Origin: Candidatus Saccharimonadota bacterium
GTDB taxonomy: Bacteria; Patescibacteriota; Saccharimonadia; Saccharimonadales; Saccharimonadaceae
Direction: 5' to 3'
DNA length: 64,000 nucleotides
Assembly (NCBI GenBank): GCA_028289015.1
Contig: JAQGHC010000015.1
Coordinates: forward strand, 9,210 to 73,209
The translations under genes were made by a program, and so were the position numbers. The notes beneath the pieces were generated by a model. The model saw only the letters and a program-made list of their open reading frames with translations, searched no databases and had not been told where the DNA came from. This document shows, one piece after another, positions 47,142 to 56,993 of this stretch; the stretch's first letter is position 1, and every line of letters begins with the position of its first letter.

Positions 47142-47219
47142 TTAATCAGTAATGCTAATAACGACGATGATGACCAATAGTTCAACAATCGTAAAACTTT
47201 TTTGTTTTCGTGCCCACAT
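47142..47219 (-). pseudogene. Truncated type IV pilin remnant
   Basis: MWARKQKSFTIVELLVIIVVISITD*: prepilin signal with Gly-1 changed to Ser and a stop after 25 codons. Confidence 0.8.
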
Positions 47220-47314
47220 AACTAGTCAAGAGTATAAAGCACGACCATTATAGCGTTAATCTGCCAAATAAAAAGAGGACGTCGATTACGCCCTCTTTTT
47301 ATCTATCTTTTCTA

Positions 47315-47566
47315 CTAATTGATACTTAGTAGTGTCCAGCTACCGCCGTGGTTATCGCTACGTAAACGGTAATCATTTGCGCCGTCGCTCAATGTGAGGA
47401 TCTGCGCAATACGTTCGCCGCTACGTATGACGGTGCGGATACCAGCATCGAGGAATTGGTAGCTTGTGCCACCGTATTCCATGCGACGCGGGTATGCTCG
47501 CAGGTCACGTCCGAATCCCATTGCCGTGATTGTGACTGGGGTGTTGATAGTTGTTGATTGGTTCAT
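47315..47566 (-). CDS. Small beta-rich hypothetical protein
   Basis: 83 aa with a strong GAGGAG RBS; PRRMEYGG..Y.F...W.L pattern; terminator at 47270-47300. Confidence 0.8.
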   Translation of the reverse strand: MNQSTTINTPVTITAMGFGRDLRAYPRRMEYGGTSYQFLDAGIRTVIRSGERIAQILTLSDGANDYRLRSDNHGGSWTLLSIN

Positions 47567-47610
47567 ATTCTTACTCCTCGAGATATTTGATTGATTTATT
47601 TTTGGTAAAT

Positions 47611-47840
47611 AAAAAAACTGACAACAAGAAAGATGGTCAGCTGCGGATTTATGAGTAAGCTACGAGGAGACAAATAAGCACCGCCTGCTATTTGCTGTAT
47701 CACCTGAAGTAGCGATTGAATATGTAGTTCGGCAGGGACGCTTGGCTGAATGTCCGGAGACGCAGCTAGTGTGTATGTCGACTATTTGTTTAGTTAGTCT
47801 GTCAGTAAAAAGGCTCTCCACCAGTACTCACATGACCTCT
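47611..47840 (-). ncRNA. Candidate structured RNA / 5' leader ending in an intrinsic terminator
   Basis: TTGACG...TATACT promoter; TGAGTA/TACTCA, GGAG/CTCC and ACAAATA/TATTTGT long-range pairings; CTGAC..GTCAG+T7. Confidence 0.4.
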
Positions 47841-47912
47841 CTTAGTATAGCGCGTCGGTCAGTTGAGGCGTCAAGAGGAAAAGTTGCCGTAATTTATGTT
47901 CTAAGTAGAAAA

Positions 47913-48476
47913 TTAATTCGTGTAGCCGCCAGTGACCCAGGCGCCGTTATCAGCCCAGTTCCTAGAGGTGCAGCTAAAGCCAGGACTGGCGGGATGGGTT
48001 TGTCCAGATGGCACGGCGTCCATGCGTGTGGCACCGAGAATGTAATAAGGTCCGCGAGCCACATCACATCCGTTCGTCCCTGCTCCATAAACGTAATAAA
48101 AGTATTCATAGGTGTTGGCCGTGAAACTCGGGTTAAGTACGGTACCTGTGTTGACCGGATCGACAGGGACTTTTCGGATAACGTTACTGCTCACGAGTGC
48201 TGAAAGGAAATTCGTCGCGACGTTATTGCCGTCTGTACTCACCTCCCAATCTGACGCGTTTGGCGTAGCAACGCGTGCTGGATAGGTGCCATTATTTATT
48301 TTGTATAGCTCAAGCGCTTTTACTATCGAGGTAAGATCGGACACGCGCTGGGTATCACGCGCCTTGCCCTGGATGCCGTTGTAGGCAACGACCGTAATTG
48401 CCGCAAGAATGCCAATCACCACGATAACGATGAGAAGTTCCACGATAGTAAAGCCTTTTTGTTTTTGAAAATTCAT
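47913..48476 (-). CDS. Type IV pilin / GspG-like pseudopilin
   Basis: KGFTIVELLIVIVVIGILAAITVVAYNGIQGKARDTQRVSDL..IVKALELYKINNGTYP, VPVDP. Confidence 0.93.
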   Translation of the reverse strand: MNFQKQKGFTIVELLIVIVVIGILAAITVVAYNGIQGKARDTQRVSDLTSIVKALELYKINNGTYPARVATPNASDWEVSTDGNNVATNFLSALVSSNVIRKVPVDPVNTGTVLNPSFTANTYEYFYYVYGAGTNGCDVARGPYYILGATRMDAVPSGQTHPASPGFSCTSRNWADNGAWVTGGYTN

Positions 48477-48536
48477 CAGTGTCTAAAGTATAGGGTATAA
48501 GCATTGCGTCGTCAAAAAAAGTATTGCAAGGTGATT

Positions 48537-49253
48537 TTAGGTGCGGTTGGGGTTTGTGAATCCGTAACGCTCCCCTTGTTTCCAGGCTGAGGCTACGTTA
48601 CCTTCGGCCGGAATTCCTCCATTATCTTTTAGGCGTCTGGCTGTATGGAGGAGGTTATATGTCATAAAGGTAATATTACGGTTAGTGAAATCATTTTCCG
48701 GCCCCCTTGACCCCTTGTCAAGGTAGCTTGGTCCGGGGCCAACTTCACCAATCCATCCGGCGTCCGCCTGCGGTGGAATGGTAAAGCCGATATGTTGCAG
48801 ACTATAAAGAACGTTCATGGCACAGTGTTTTAGGCCGTCTTCATTACCGCCGATTAGGCAGCCACCGACTTTGCCGTAATAAATCCACTGCCCTGCTGCA
48901 TTAACTTCGGCAGAATTGCCGTAGAGTCGCTCGATGATTTTTTTCATCTGAGAACTATTGTCACCTAGCCAAATCGGTCCAGCTAGTATGACGATGTCGG
49001 CATCGAGTACTTTTTGATAAATACTTTCCGCCCAGGCATCTGTTTGCCAGCCACGCTCGCGCATGTCAGGATACACGCCCGTGGCGATGTCCAAATCGAC
49101 CGTTCGAATAACTTCACTAGTCACATTAAGGTGTTGGAGGAGCTGGCGACTGGCGTCAATCAGGCCGTCCGTGTTGCTGCGTTCCGGCGATTTTTTGAGT
49201 GTGCCATTGAAAAATAAAACTTTAAGATCAGAAAAGTTGTATGTCTGCGTCAT
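48537..49253 (-). CDS. Flavodoxin-like NAD(P)H-dependent FMN reductase family protein
   Basis: NGTLKKSPERSNTDGL, DADIVILAGPIWLG, GKVGGCLIGGNEDG, GFTIPPQAD. Confidence 0.9.
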   Translation of the reverse strand: MTQTYNFSDLKVLFFNGTLKKSPERSNTDGLIDASRQLLQHLNVTSEVIRTVDLDIATGVYPDMRERGWQTDAWAESIYQKVLDADIVILAGPIWLGDNSSQMKKIIERLYGNSAEVNAAGQWIYYGKVGGCLIGGNEDGLKHCAMNVLYSLQHIGFTIPPQADAGWIGEVGPGPSYLDKGSRGPENDFTNRNITFMTYNLLHTARRLKDNGGIPAEGNVASAWKQGERYGFTNPNRT

Positions 49254-49357
49254 AACATCCTCCTTATATTAACTATATGGTTCCCTCTTTAGTATACTGC
49301 CCTTCAGGTAAATGGGTGGCGGTGTCGCTGTTTGTCTGATGCTGTATGATAGATATA

Positions 49358-50587
49358 ATGACAACGGCAAAAATTAAACATAGCAAAAAAGAACTCCTAT
49401 GGGGGCGCATCGCTGCAAAGACGGTATATTTTATGCTAGGTGTTGGCAGTGGAACGTTTGCCGCCAATATCCCCCGCTTAAAAGATAGTTTGGATTTGAG
49501 CGCAGGTACGCTTGGACTGGCGCTACTGTGCTGCTCACTCGGCGGATTTGTGGCGATGCAGTTTGCCGCGCCCCTGATTAAAAAATTAGGTCTCCGTATA
49601 CTACTATCGATCATCGGTCCCGTCTTCCCTCTTGTTTTGATTTTAATTGCGGCGTCGGGCAGTTTTACTATGCTGGCGGTCGCTTTCGCGCTTTTTGGTG
49701 GTCTGACGAGTATTGTCGGTATTGCCGTTAACGCCCAGGCGATTGATATCGAAAAAGCCTATGCTAAATCAATCATGAGCAGTTTCCATGCTCTATTTAG
49801 CGTAGGAGGATTGATCGGAGCGGGAGTCGGTGGTCTAATGGCGGTATATGACTTTACTATCGTGCAGAGCATGTCGCTGATTGCGTTGAGTCTATCGGTG
49901 CTCGGGGTATTAATTATTACCAAGCTGTTCGATGTGACAAAATATGACTACACAGAAGACCACACGGTGATTGAAGCCCCGCACAAACACCACAAGGCTA
50001 AATGGTGGCGCCAGGTACTGCTGATCGGTGGCTTGATTTTTATATGCTACCTTACTGAGGGTGCAATTGCAGATTGGACGGCGATTCATATCAAGGCCGA
50101 GCACGGCGTCGGGCCATTTATCGCAGTTTTTGCGTACATGATATTTAATGCATGCATGACTATCGGTCGATTTTCGGGCGATGCAATTATCCGTCGCTTC
50201 GGTTCGCTCGAAACCCTTATGACTGGTGGTATATTGGCGGCTATCGGTTTGTCGGTCGGTCTGCTTTCATCGAATCTTGCTGTCGCGCTTGTCGGCTTTG
50301 GCGTTGTCGGAATCGGCTTGTCGGTGCTCGTGCCAATTTTGATTTCGATGGCGGGCAACCTGTCTGGCGGTGACCGCAACGTGGCGATTGCCCGTGCTAG
50401 CACTTGTGGCAGTATCGGACTAATGACAGGCCCAGCGGCAATCGGATTTATTGCCGAAAGTCATAGTTTACTTGTGGCGATGATGATTCCGGTAGTTCTG
50501 TTGGTAATTCTAAGCGCTATAGCATTTATGATGCGTCCTTCTATAGTGATGAAATACCGAAAAGCAGACGTCTTGCCGACGCTCTAA
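49358..50587 (+). CDS. MFS transporter
   Basis: ~12 TM segments; NAQAIDIEK...IMSSFHALFSVG, EGAIADW, GRFSGDAIIRRFG. Confidence 0.93.
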   Translation: MTTAKIKHSKKELLWGRIAAKTVYFMLGVGSGTFAANIPRLKDSLDLSAGTLGLALLCCSLGGFVAMQFAAPLIKKLGLRILLSIIGPVFPLVLILIAASGSFTMLAVAFALFGGLTSIVGIAVNAQAIDIEKAYAKSIMSSFHALFSVGGLIGAGVGGLMAVYDFTIVQSMSLIALSLSVLGVLIITKLFDVTKYDYTEDHTVIEAPHKHHKAKWWRQVLLIGGLIFICYLTEGAIADWTAIHIKAEHGVGPFIAVFAYMIFNACMTIGRFSGDAIIRRFGSLETLMTGGILAAIGLSVGLLSSNLAVALVGFGVVGIGLSVLVPILISMAGNLSGGDRNVAIARASTCGSIGLMTGPAAIGFIAESHSLLVAMMIPVVLLVILSAIAFMMRPSIVMKYRKADVLPTL

Positions 50588-51018
50588 AATAAAGTATGCC
50601 CGACACGCAGAATAAATTGTAGTCGAGGGCGATGTCACCCTTAGCTGTTTATGGCTGAAGTCGACGGTAGTTTCGCATAATGCGCACGACTATAAGCACC
50701 ATGCTGATCGCGGATGTGATCGTTATGATAGTCGGCACACATGGCGAATTCTTGCCGCTGTCTGTAAACGAGCATGCGACTTTTGCCTTTTATACCTTCG
50801 GGAATTTTGAAGCTGTAACGAGCCGTGGCTTCGTCGGATAGTATCCACTTCAGCTAAAGTCATTTGGATTGGTTTTGTCGGTCCCATTGTTATCAGTTGT
50901 GTAATCATATTTATTTCAGTCATCCCGCTGACGGAGAAAGCTTTTACTGGACGCACCGGTTGGGCTGCATGCACGCGTCGGACGAGCGTGCTGATGCTGT
51001 AGTTTGTTCGATAGATCA

Positions 51019-53007
51019 TTATCCAACAAACGGCTCTTGTAGCATGTATCCGATCCGTGTGACGATCATTTCCGCTTTATTCATTTCTATCATTGTCTGA
51101 GCAGTGTACAGGGAGACTCCCCTGTGCGTACGTGCTCGGAAGCGTTTGGTAAAAATGAGGTCATCCTTACCCGTCACTACACCCCTGACGACATCATCAA
51201 ACTCCGCAAGCGGCAGATCTGGCCGGTTGTATTTACGTTGAATGATTCCCGCTAAGTCATGTAGATTGACGTATTTCTTGCTACCAACCATCATGCCGTG
51301 CCCACGCTGACCGCTGTCTGGTAGTTCGGCAATTCGTTGATGAATTTGCTGTTCGTCGTATGCATCAACTGCCTCGTAGTTGCTACGGACCTGCCTGGTC
51401 TCGACGTTCGGATGAAGATATTCAAGCATAAAGCTATCAATGTTGTAACGTTTCTTGAGTCGGTATGCCGAAGCGAATGTTCGGACTTGGCCTTCCTGTT
51501 TGATGACGGCCTGCCCTCTAGTAAGTTGCGGTAGGGTTTCTAGTAGCGCGGCGTACTGCGTGTAAAGATTTTTGACGTGAGTGATTGGCTGATAGGTTGA
51601 CGATAGTTCATCGATGACTGCTGTCATTTCCTCCAGCTGCTGAGGATTTGCGTTGCCGATAGGTGCCCCACTTTTTACTGTGTCTAGTGTAAAAATGTCG
51701 GCCATTGACACTTGCGGCGCAGTCGCAGAAGAGATCTGATCAAGGATATCAAGCGCGATGGCTGGACGCCCATCCGGCTTATTGCGAAGAATACGTCCCA
51801 TGCGCTGACGCGCGGCAACCAACGAACGTGTTGGCCGGGCGTTGATAATCACATTAGCGCGCTGACTGTCCCAGCCTTCGGTCAAGACGTCGATATATGT
51901 TAACGCATCGATGTCGCCACTTTCAAGCTGGGCATAATATGCTTGTCGGTGGATCGCAGACACGGCACTGGTGATGGCGACGGCCCGAATCAACCGCTCT
52001 GTCCCATCCGGCAGCGTGATTATACGTTCAGAAAGCTGTTCGGCAATATGCTGCGGGTGCAACATATTATCGCCAGGAATACAGGCAATAATCGGCGTGT
52101 TGCCTGCCTGGATAAGTCGCGCCGCGATATCAACGATCATGTGATTACGTAACGGGTTGTAGATAAGCTCCTTAAGGCTCTTGTTTTCATACTCCCCTAA
52201 CGCGCCGATAACAAATTTTTGCGCAATCGATGTTGGGGCGGCAAAGGCGACAGGAATGACGGGCGACAACATGTTCAGCATGATTGCTTCTTTTAAATCT
52301 AGCCGGTGAATAAGGTGTGGTAGTAACGTTGCTAGGCTGCGCGATGCGTTGTATTCCGGCGTGGCCGTAAAACCAATAATCAATTTTTCGTCGGCAATAT
52401 TATCAATGATGCGACGGTTTGCGACGCCAAGGGCCTTGTGTCCTTCATCAAGAAAAATGATGTCAAATTTTGCATTGATTTGATTGACAATGCGTGTTTG
52501 TAGGCCGCCGTCTTGGCGTTGGACGGTAATTGGCATTGCAGCAAGTTTAGGCAACGAGGCATATGTGGTGATCGTTACCTGCGCCTCGAGCCCCTTTAGG
52601 CCTGTTGGAGTGTCGCTGTAAAACGTCCCAACGCTTAAATCGGGTGCGAAGCCAGCAAATCCTTTGTCGCCACGGGTGCCGCCTTGGGTTTGCCGGACAA
52701 GGTCTTTTGTCGGTGTGACAACAAGGATTTTTGGTGGCATCGCATCTTGATAGCCGAATGCTTCAGCGAGCGTGACGAATAGTACGGTTTTACCAGTACC
52801 GGTTGGCGCTTCAATATAGCCGCGCTGACCGCCGGCACCTAGAAAGCGCGCGGTGTCATGGACGATATTTTTTTGGTACTCATAAAGAATATCGCTTTTT
52901 TGCTCATCGGCGATGTAGCGTTCTAGATTACGAAAAAACCGCTCGCTACGTGCGTGAGGCTCGTTTTCCGGGTACGGCACAATCGTTGAGTTTGTATTCA
53001 TAATCAA
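51019..53007 (-). CDS. SF2 DEAD/DEAH-box (type III Res-like) helicase
   Basis: YQ Q-motif, APTGTGKT, LDEGH, GFTATP, VLTEGWD, RQRMGRILR. Confidence 0.9.
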   Translation of the reverse strand: MIMNTNSTIVPYPENEPHARSERFFRNLERYIADEQKSDILYEYQKNIVHDTARFLGAGGQRGYIEAPTGTGKTVLFVTLAEAFGYQDAMPPKILVVTPTKDLVRQTQGGTRGDKGFAGFAPDLSVGTFYSDTPTGLKGLEAQVTITTYASLPKLAAMPITVQRQDGGLQTRIVNQINAKFDIIFLDEGHKALGVANRRIIDNIADEKLIIGFTATPEYNASRSLATLLPHLIHRLDLKEAIMLNMLSPVIPVAFAAPTSIAQKFVIGALGEYENKSLKELIYNPLRNHMIVDIAARLIQAGNTPIIACIPGDNMLHPQHIAEQLSERIITLPDGTERLIRAVAITSAVSAIHRQAYYAQLESGDIDALTYIDVLTEGWDSQRANVIINARPTRSLVAARQRMGRILRNKPDGRPAIALDILDQISSATAPQVSMADIFTLDTVKSGAPIGNANPQQLEEMTAVIDELSSTYQPITHVKNLYTQYAALLETLPQLTRGQAVIKQEGQVRTFASAYRLKKRYNIDSFMLEYLHPNVETRQVRSNYEAVDAYDEQQIHQRIAELPDSGQRGHGMMVGSKKYVNLHDLAGIIQRKYNRPDLPLAEFDDVVRGVVTGKDDLIFTKRFRARTHRGVSLYTAQTMIEMNKAEMIVTRIGYMLQEPFVG

Positions 53008-53159
53008 TGTATAATTATATCATTTTTTGCATGATAACTTACCTGTAAGGCGATTAAGCTGTGGACTTTGACAAATAACGTAAAATACAATAACTTGACA
53101 AATATGCAAACAGGTATATAATCTCAACTGTCTACTCGTAATGTACAAAGGAGTTGTAT

Positions 53160-54761
53160 ATGAGAAACTATTTAAAAACAACAGCATCCTATATTAGTAA
53201 TAGGGTGTCTGGTACGCGAATATCAGGTGTAACTGCCGCTATCTTTATAGCAACTATTTATAGCATAGGTGCAGTGTCTCAATTTAGTCAGCCGGTAAGT
53301 GCCGCGCCTGTTCAGTTAAATGATACGGTCTTTCAATCGATCAAGCCGAGAACGAATGTTAGTTTATTAACAGCATATCCAAGTGAGGTCGCATCGGCAA
53401 GCTCTAAACACGACTTTACGCAGTCGTCAAAACTATTTCTAGCATCTCAAAGTAAACAGACCGGGCTTACCCCGGTCTACCGCCTATATAATACAAAAAC
53501 AGGAGACTTTATGGCGACGCGCTGGGTAAGCGAGCGGGAAAGTGCGATCCGGGATTACGGCTACCAGTATGACGGAATCTCCTTTTATACGGTCGCTGAA
53601 GATACTAGTGAAACTGTCCCGGTATTTCGTTACCTGAAGGGAGCGCTACATAGGTTCGCTGTATCCGCACAGATGCAGGCTACTTTAAAGAACGAAGGTT
53701 GGCGAAAGGAAGGTGTTGCTTTTTATGCAAAGCCGATCGCTGCAGTTAGCTCCTCTGGTCCACGCGCACCTGCCCCACGCGCACCCGCAGCACCGTCAAA
53801 TCCGCCGACCTCAACGTCATCCGTAGTGGATGGAAAATTCACTCTTGTCATATTCCCCGATACGCAACAGGAAACATTTGCCCATTCCAAAGATCTATTT
53901 CTAAACCGAACAAAGAAAGTCGCCTCAGATAAGGACGCGAGAGACATCCGATTCGTCGGACATACTGGCGACCTTGTGTCGGCGGGCGGTAATAAGCAAG
54001 TTGACCGTCAAGATCAATATGACGCCGCTTCTGCCGCCTACACGGCGATTGATCAATCAGGCATCCCCTACTTAATGTCTATTGGTAATCACGACACAAA
54101 AGCGGTCTGCGGAGGCGGTTCCGCCTGCGACCCCACTAAGACAAGGCAATTCTTCCGCGACACAACTGTATTTAACAGCTACTTCTCCACGAGTCGACTA
54201 AAGCTGCCAAATGCTCAGCTATTCGAAGCCGGAAAAGTTGACAATGCCTACAAGACATTTAGCGCAGAAGGAACAAATTGGCTCATTCTGACGCTTGAAA
54301 TGAGTCCGCGAACCGCTGCAGTTAACTGGGCTAAAAATGTCGTTGCTGCTCATCCAAAGCACAACGTCGTTATCCTCAGCCACTACCTGCTAAACAGCAA
54401 TTCAACTATCACGGCAAGTAATGCGGGATATGGTGAAACAAGTGGACGCTACGTCTATGATAATCTGATCTTGAAATACCCTAACGTAAAAATGGCATTT
54501 TCAGGCCACGTCGGCCAAGCTGGCCATCGAACCGATGTTGGGGTGAACGGCAATAAGGTCGTATCATTCTTGGGAGCGTTCCATGCTAATAACTTTAACC
54601 CGATTCGCTACCTGACAATTGATACAAAAAATAATACTGTTACCTCCGACGTGCAAGCGGCTACAGTCCGTGCAGCCTATCTGCAAAAGTATCCTACAAC
54701 GAAGTTGCCAGACTACAATAACTACGACGCAGTATTTACTGGTATGAATTTCGTTAAATAA
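53160..54761 (+). CDS. Secreted calcineurin-like metallophosphoesterase with N-terminal PVYRLYN-repeat (DUF5648-like) domain
   Basis: Signal peptide; PVYRLYN/PVFRY repeats; PDTQ, HTGD, GNHD, SGH motifs; AAGGAG RBS. Confidence 0.85.
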   Translation: MRNYLKTTASYISNRVSGTRISGVTAAIFIATIYSIGAVSQFSQPVSAAPVQLNDTVFQSIKPRTNVSLLTAYPSEVASASSKHDFTQSSKLFLASQSKQTGLTPVYRLYNTKTGDFMATRWVSERESAIRDYGYQYDGISFYTVAEDTSETVPVFRYLKGALHRFAVSAQMQATLKNEGWRKEGVAFYAKPIAAVSSSGPRAPAPRAPAAPSNPPTSTSSVVDGKFTLVIFPDTQQETFAHSKDLFLNRTKKVASDKDARDIRFVGHTGDLVSAGGNKQVDRQDQYDAASAAYTAIDQSGIPYLMSIGNHDTKAVCGGGSACDPTKTRQFFRDTTVFNSYFSTSRLKLPNAQLFEAGKVDNAYKTFSAEGTNWLILTLEMSPRTAAVNWAKNVVAAHPKHNVVILSHYLLNSNSTITASNAGYGETSGRYVYDNLILKYPNVKMAFSGHVGQAGHRTDVGVNGNKVVSFLGAFHANNFNPIRYLTIDTKNNTVTSDVQAATVRAAYLQKYPTTKLPDYNNYDAVFTGMNFVK

Positions 54762-54776
54762 AAAGTTCAGAGATAA

Positions 54777-54820
54777 ACCAAATAAAATACCCATCGGCGA
54801 GGATGGGTATTTTATTTGGT
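54777..54820. terminator. Bidirectional terminator overlapping the tRNA 3' end
   Basis: ACCAAATAAAATACCCATC-ggcgag-GATGGGTATTTTATTTGGT. Confidence 0.85.
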
Positions 54821-54891
54821 GATCTTACCGGGAATCGAACCCGGATTGCCAGGATGAGAACCTGGCGTCCTAACCGTTAGACGATAAGACC
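54817..54891 (-). tRNA. tRNA-Glu (anticodon CTC)
   Basis: GGTCTTATCGTCTAACGGTTAGGACG-CCAGG-TTCTCAT-CCTGG-CAATCCGGGTTCGATTCCCGGTAAGATCACCA cloverleaf with encoded CCA. Confidence 0.97.
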
Positions 54892-55062
54892 AAATTCTGA
54901 GCGAAATGTAATTAAAATGTGTTTACATATTTTAATTAATTTCCGAAGAATTTGTGGCTTATATCTTCAGATATAAGACCAATGCGCATATAAAAAGTAT
55001 GCTCAAATCCTCAACCACAATATCAAAAACACTTCTAATTGTCCAGTGAGCGACTAATGTTA

Positions 55063-55437
55063 TTAGCGTAATTTTTCAATAACAGACAGTAATTTCTTGG
55101 GAGTAATGTCTGCTTTAATCAAATACGCATCGACATTTGCTTGCATCGCAAGACGCGATTCCTCGTCTTGGTCAAAGTTAGTCATGACGATGACTTTTGT
55201 ATTAGGAATAAGGTCTTCACCATTACCACGAAGTGACTGTAGGATCTCACTGCCGCGTCGTTCCGGCAGCATGACGTCCAGCAAGATAAGATCGTACGGT
55301 TTGTTCCGTGCGGCAACTAGTCCGTCGTTACCATCTACCATCCAGTCAACATCATATCCGGCCTTATGTAAGCTGCGTACATACATTTCACCGATAAAGC
55401 GATCATCTTCTATACATAAAATTGTCTTGATTGCCAT
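55063..55437 (-). CDS. Single-domain response regulator
   Basis: ILCIEDD, LLDVMLP, TN, YLIKA. Confidence 0.92.
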   Translation of the reverse strand: MAIKTILCIEDDRFIGEMYVRSLHKAGYDVDWMVDGNDGLVAARNKPYDLILLDVMLPERRGSEILQSLRGNGEDLIPNTKVIVMTNFDQDEESRLAMQANVDAYLIKADITPKKLLSVIEKLR

Positions 55438-55439
55438 GG

Positions 55440-56993
55440 TTATCCCCTAAACATTGCGTGATTTTTAATCCAGCCACCATCTGTATGATTGATAAGACCT
55501 TCGTTGCTATTATTGCTCGCCTTTAACTTATCGGCCACGGTGCTGTAAATTGGTAGGCTGAATGTAAAGGTTGACCCCTCGCCTTCGGCACTGCGGACGC
55601 CGATCTTGCCGCCGTGCGATTCAACAATGGCTTTGCTGATGTATAAGCCGATACCCGTCCCTGAAACGGTTTCGCGTGATCGGTGTGAGCGATAAAATTT
55701 GTGGAACAGGTTGCTAACGACGTTGCCTGGCATGCCGATGCCATGATCTTCAACGGACACGCTGACGAAATTGCCCTCTTGGGTAGCGGTAACATTTACT
55801 GCGCCGCCTTCGTTGCTATATTTTAATGCGTTATCAATTAAATTGGACAGTACTTCACTCGCGCTGTTAGCATCGGCGGCGACTGTTGGAAGGTCGTCAG
55901 GAAAATGAACCGACAGCACGCGGCTTTGCGATGAAGCGCGTAACTCCATGTCGTCCTTAATCGAATCGTAGATATACGTTAAGCTGTCTTCAACGAGGTG
56001 GACTTTTAAATGGCGACGGTCGTATCTTGACGCATTAAGAATATTATTGATGTAGCCACTGAGTCTGTTTGCGGACACGACCAATCGTTTTAATAGCTCG
56101 GACTGATCGGCATCGAGTTTGTCACCTACTTCATCGCCAAATACATCCAGGTAACCGCGGATGACAGTGATCGGTCCGCGAAGTTCATGCGCGGCAAAGG
56201 CGATAAAATCAAGGTCGTCATCATCTGGCTGGTAGTCCGAAGAACGATCGAATAAGCTGACGACCACCTCGGCAGTGCTACCCTTTTGATAAGATGCGGT
56301 AACGTCGTATATTTTTCGGCCTTCTTCGCCGGTGACTTTATTGGGAACGCGCTTCCAGGTGTGTTCCGCATGAACGGCATGCTGCTCGCAGTCCTTTAAC
56401 CATACCTCTAGTGTAAAATCATCATCGAACAACAAATCAATTACTTGTTTACCATTAGGATCCGTATGAGTCGGCGCCTTAGGGTTTGCGTAAGTTACCT
56501 GCCCAGATTCATCCATTATAATAAAACCCACATCAGTATTATCGAGTGCGGTAGTGATTGATGCTAGCGGGAGCTGAGACCCGGCAGCGTCACTACTCTT
56601 CTCCGTGGTACTGCCAAGGGCTAGCGCATAGATTAATTGGAGGATTGGTTTAAAGCCATCCTGTTCGAAGTGTCGCGCATTTGGATTTGGTGGCGTGACG
56701 TCGGTCGGCTCGCCTGATACGTGTGTTCGCGCGCTAGTAAGGTCTTTGAACGGAAGTGTCAGGAGGGTTAACAGGATAACGTTAACGCCAATCGTCGTTG
56801 CTAAGATGGCGATAAGTATAATCCAGAATACGATACTTGTCGTTAATACGCCGCCAGCAATAAGTGCACAGCCGATAACGATCGTAACAGCAACCTGCAT
56901 CAGGATGGTCAGCATGACTGCGCGTTTTTTAAATCGCGGCCAATAGTCGCGGACCATTGCCGGAGGGTTGTTATTGGATTTTTTTACTGCCAT
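55440..56993 (-). CDS. Sensor histidine kinase
   Basis: Two TM segments, AAHELRGP, NLIDNALKY, DHGIG, FHKFYR, GTGIGL. Confidence 0.93.
   Translation of the reverse strand: MAVKKSNNNPPAMVRDYWPRFKKRAVMLTILMQVAVTIVIGCALIAGGVLTTSIVFWIILIAILATTIGVNVILLTLLTLPFKDLTSARTHVSGEPTDVTPPNPNARHFEQDGFKPILQLIYALALGSTTEKSSDAAGSQLPLASITTALDNTDVGFIIMDESGQVTYANPKAPTHTDPNGKQVIDLLFDDDFTLEVWLKDCEQHAVHAEHTWKRVPNKVTGEEGRKIYDVTASYQKGSTAEVVVSLFDRSSDYQPDDDDLDFIAFAAHELRGPITVIRGYLDVFGDEVGDKLDADQSELLKRLVVSANRLSGYINNILNASRYDRRHLKVHLVEDSLTYIYDSIKDDMELRASSQSRVLSVHFPDDLPTVAADANSASEVLSNLIDNALKYSNEGGAVNVTATQEGNFVSVSVEDHGIGMPGNVVSNLFHKFYRSHRSRETVSGTGIGLYISKAIVESHGGKIGVRSAEGEGSTFTFSLPIYSTVADKLKASNNSNEGLINHTDGGWIKNHAMFRG

Noticed and set aside
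50723..51019. 98-aa ORF after the helicase
   Set aside because: No motif or RBS and composition typical of spurious frames; it cannot be supported, though it is not fully excluded.
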